Shown piece by piece: positions 63,795-64,000 of a stretch of DNA of 64,000 nt. This DNA is from Nitrospirota bacterium. Lineage in GTDB: Bacteria; Nitrospirota; UBA9217. The position numbers and the translations under genes are program-made. The notes beneath the pieces are model-generated. The model ran no database searches, was not told the origin of the DNA, and was given only the letters and a program-made list of their open reading frames with translations. Numbering within the stretch: the first letter of the stretch is position 1; each line of letters starts with the position of its first letter. The DNA lies in assembly GCA_963754875.1 (NCBI GenBank), contig CAVWHO010000020.1, positions 96,001-160,000 of the forward strand, written 5' to 3'.

Positions 63795-64000
63795 ATGACA
63801 TCATCTCATATACAAACGATCGCCCAGGAACTCTCGATAACCGAAAAGCAGGTGAAGGCTTGCGCAGCTCTCCTTGACGACGGCGCCACGGTCCCGTTCA
63901 TCTCGCGCTACCGCAAGGAGGCAACGGGCTCGCTCGACGAAGTGGCCGTGACCGCAATCCGGGACCGGCTGGCGCAGCTCAGGGAACTGGACAAGCGGCG
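63795..64000 (+). CDS. tex: Tex transcriptional accessory protein (truncated by window end)
   Basis: LLDDGATVPFISRYRKEATGSLDEV. Confidence 0.92.
   Translation, partial: MTSSHIQTIAQELSITEKQVKACAALLDDGATVPFISRYRKEATGSLDEVAVTAIRDRLAQLRELDKR

Noticed and set aside
1..64000. Selenoproteins (UGA read-through) or programmed frameshifts explaining the split ORFs
   Set aside because: The breaks are frame changes, not in-frame UGA at Cys positions, and no consistent slippery motif was seen.

Overview
Bacterial chromosomal window, probably from an anaerobic Nitrospirota- or Desulfobacterota-like organism (inferred from gene content: CooS, selAB/selC, c7 cytochrome, two-CW protein). Many otherwise conserved genes carry single-base frameshifts, which suggests an unpolished long-read assembly. 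Layout: (1) 1-9.8 kb: PflX-like radical SAM gene, a stand-alone Ni-CO dehydrogenase, and a decaying accessory patch (small AT-rich ORFs, damaged IS200, IS3 remnant). (2) 9.8-25.4 kb: a ~15.6 kb island with no recognisable integrase, bounded by an exact 26-bp duplication of the tRNA-Sec 3' end. It carries a Tat-exported thiocyanate dehydrogenase (TcDH)-like copper enzyme behind a sigma-54 promoter, a 3-permease/2-ATPase ABC module, three related periplasmic proteins, a YtkA-like protein, a sigma-54 two-component system and tatA. At its far end is an inverted, decayed second copy of the TcDH promoter and signal-peptide region. (3) 25.4-40.4 kb: core genes (selC, Kef-type antiporter, MFS, selB, selA, phosphoesterase, rnr, thioesterase, glnE). 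(4) 41-64 kb: a large Ser-linker lipoprotein with a sigma-54 promoter, TauE plus DUF1634, two tandem six-gene Ehr (hydrogenase-4-like, no Ni-binding Cys) operons, a triheme c7 cytochrome, a hydrolase and the start of tex.
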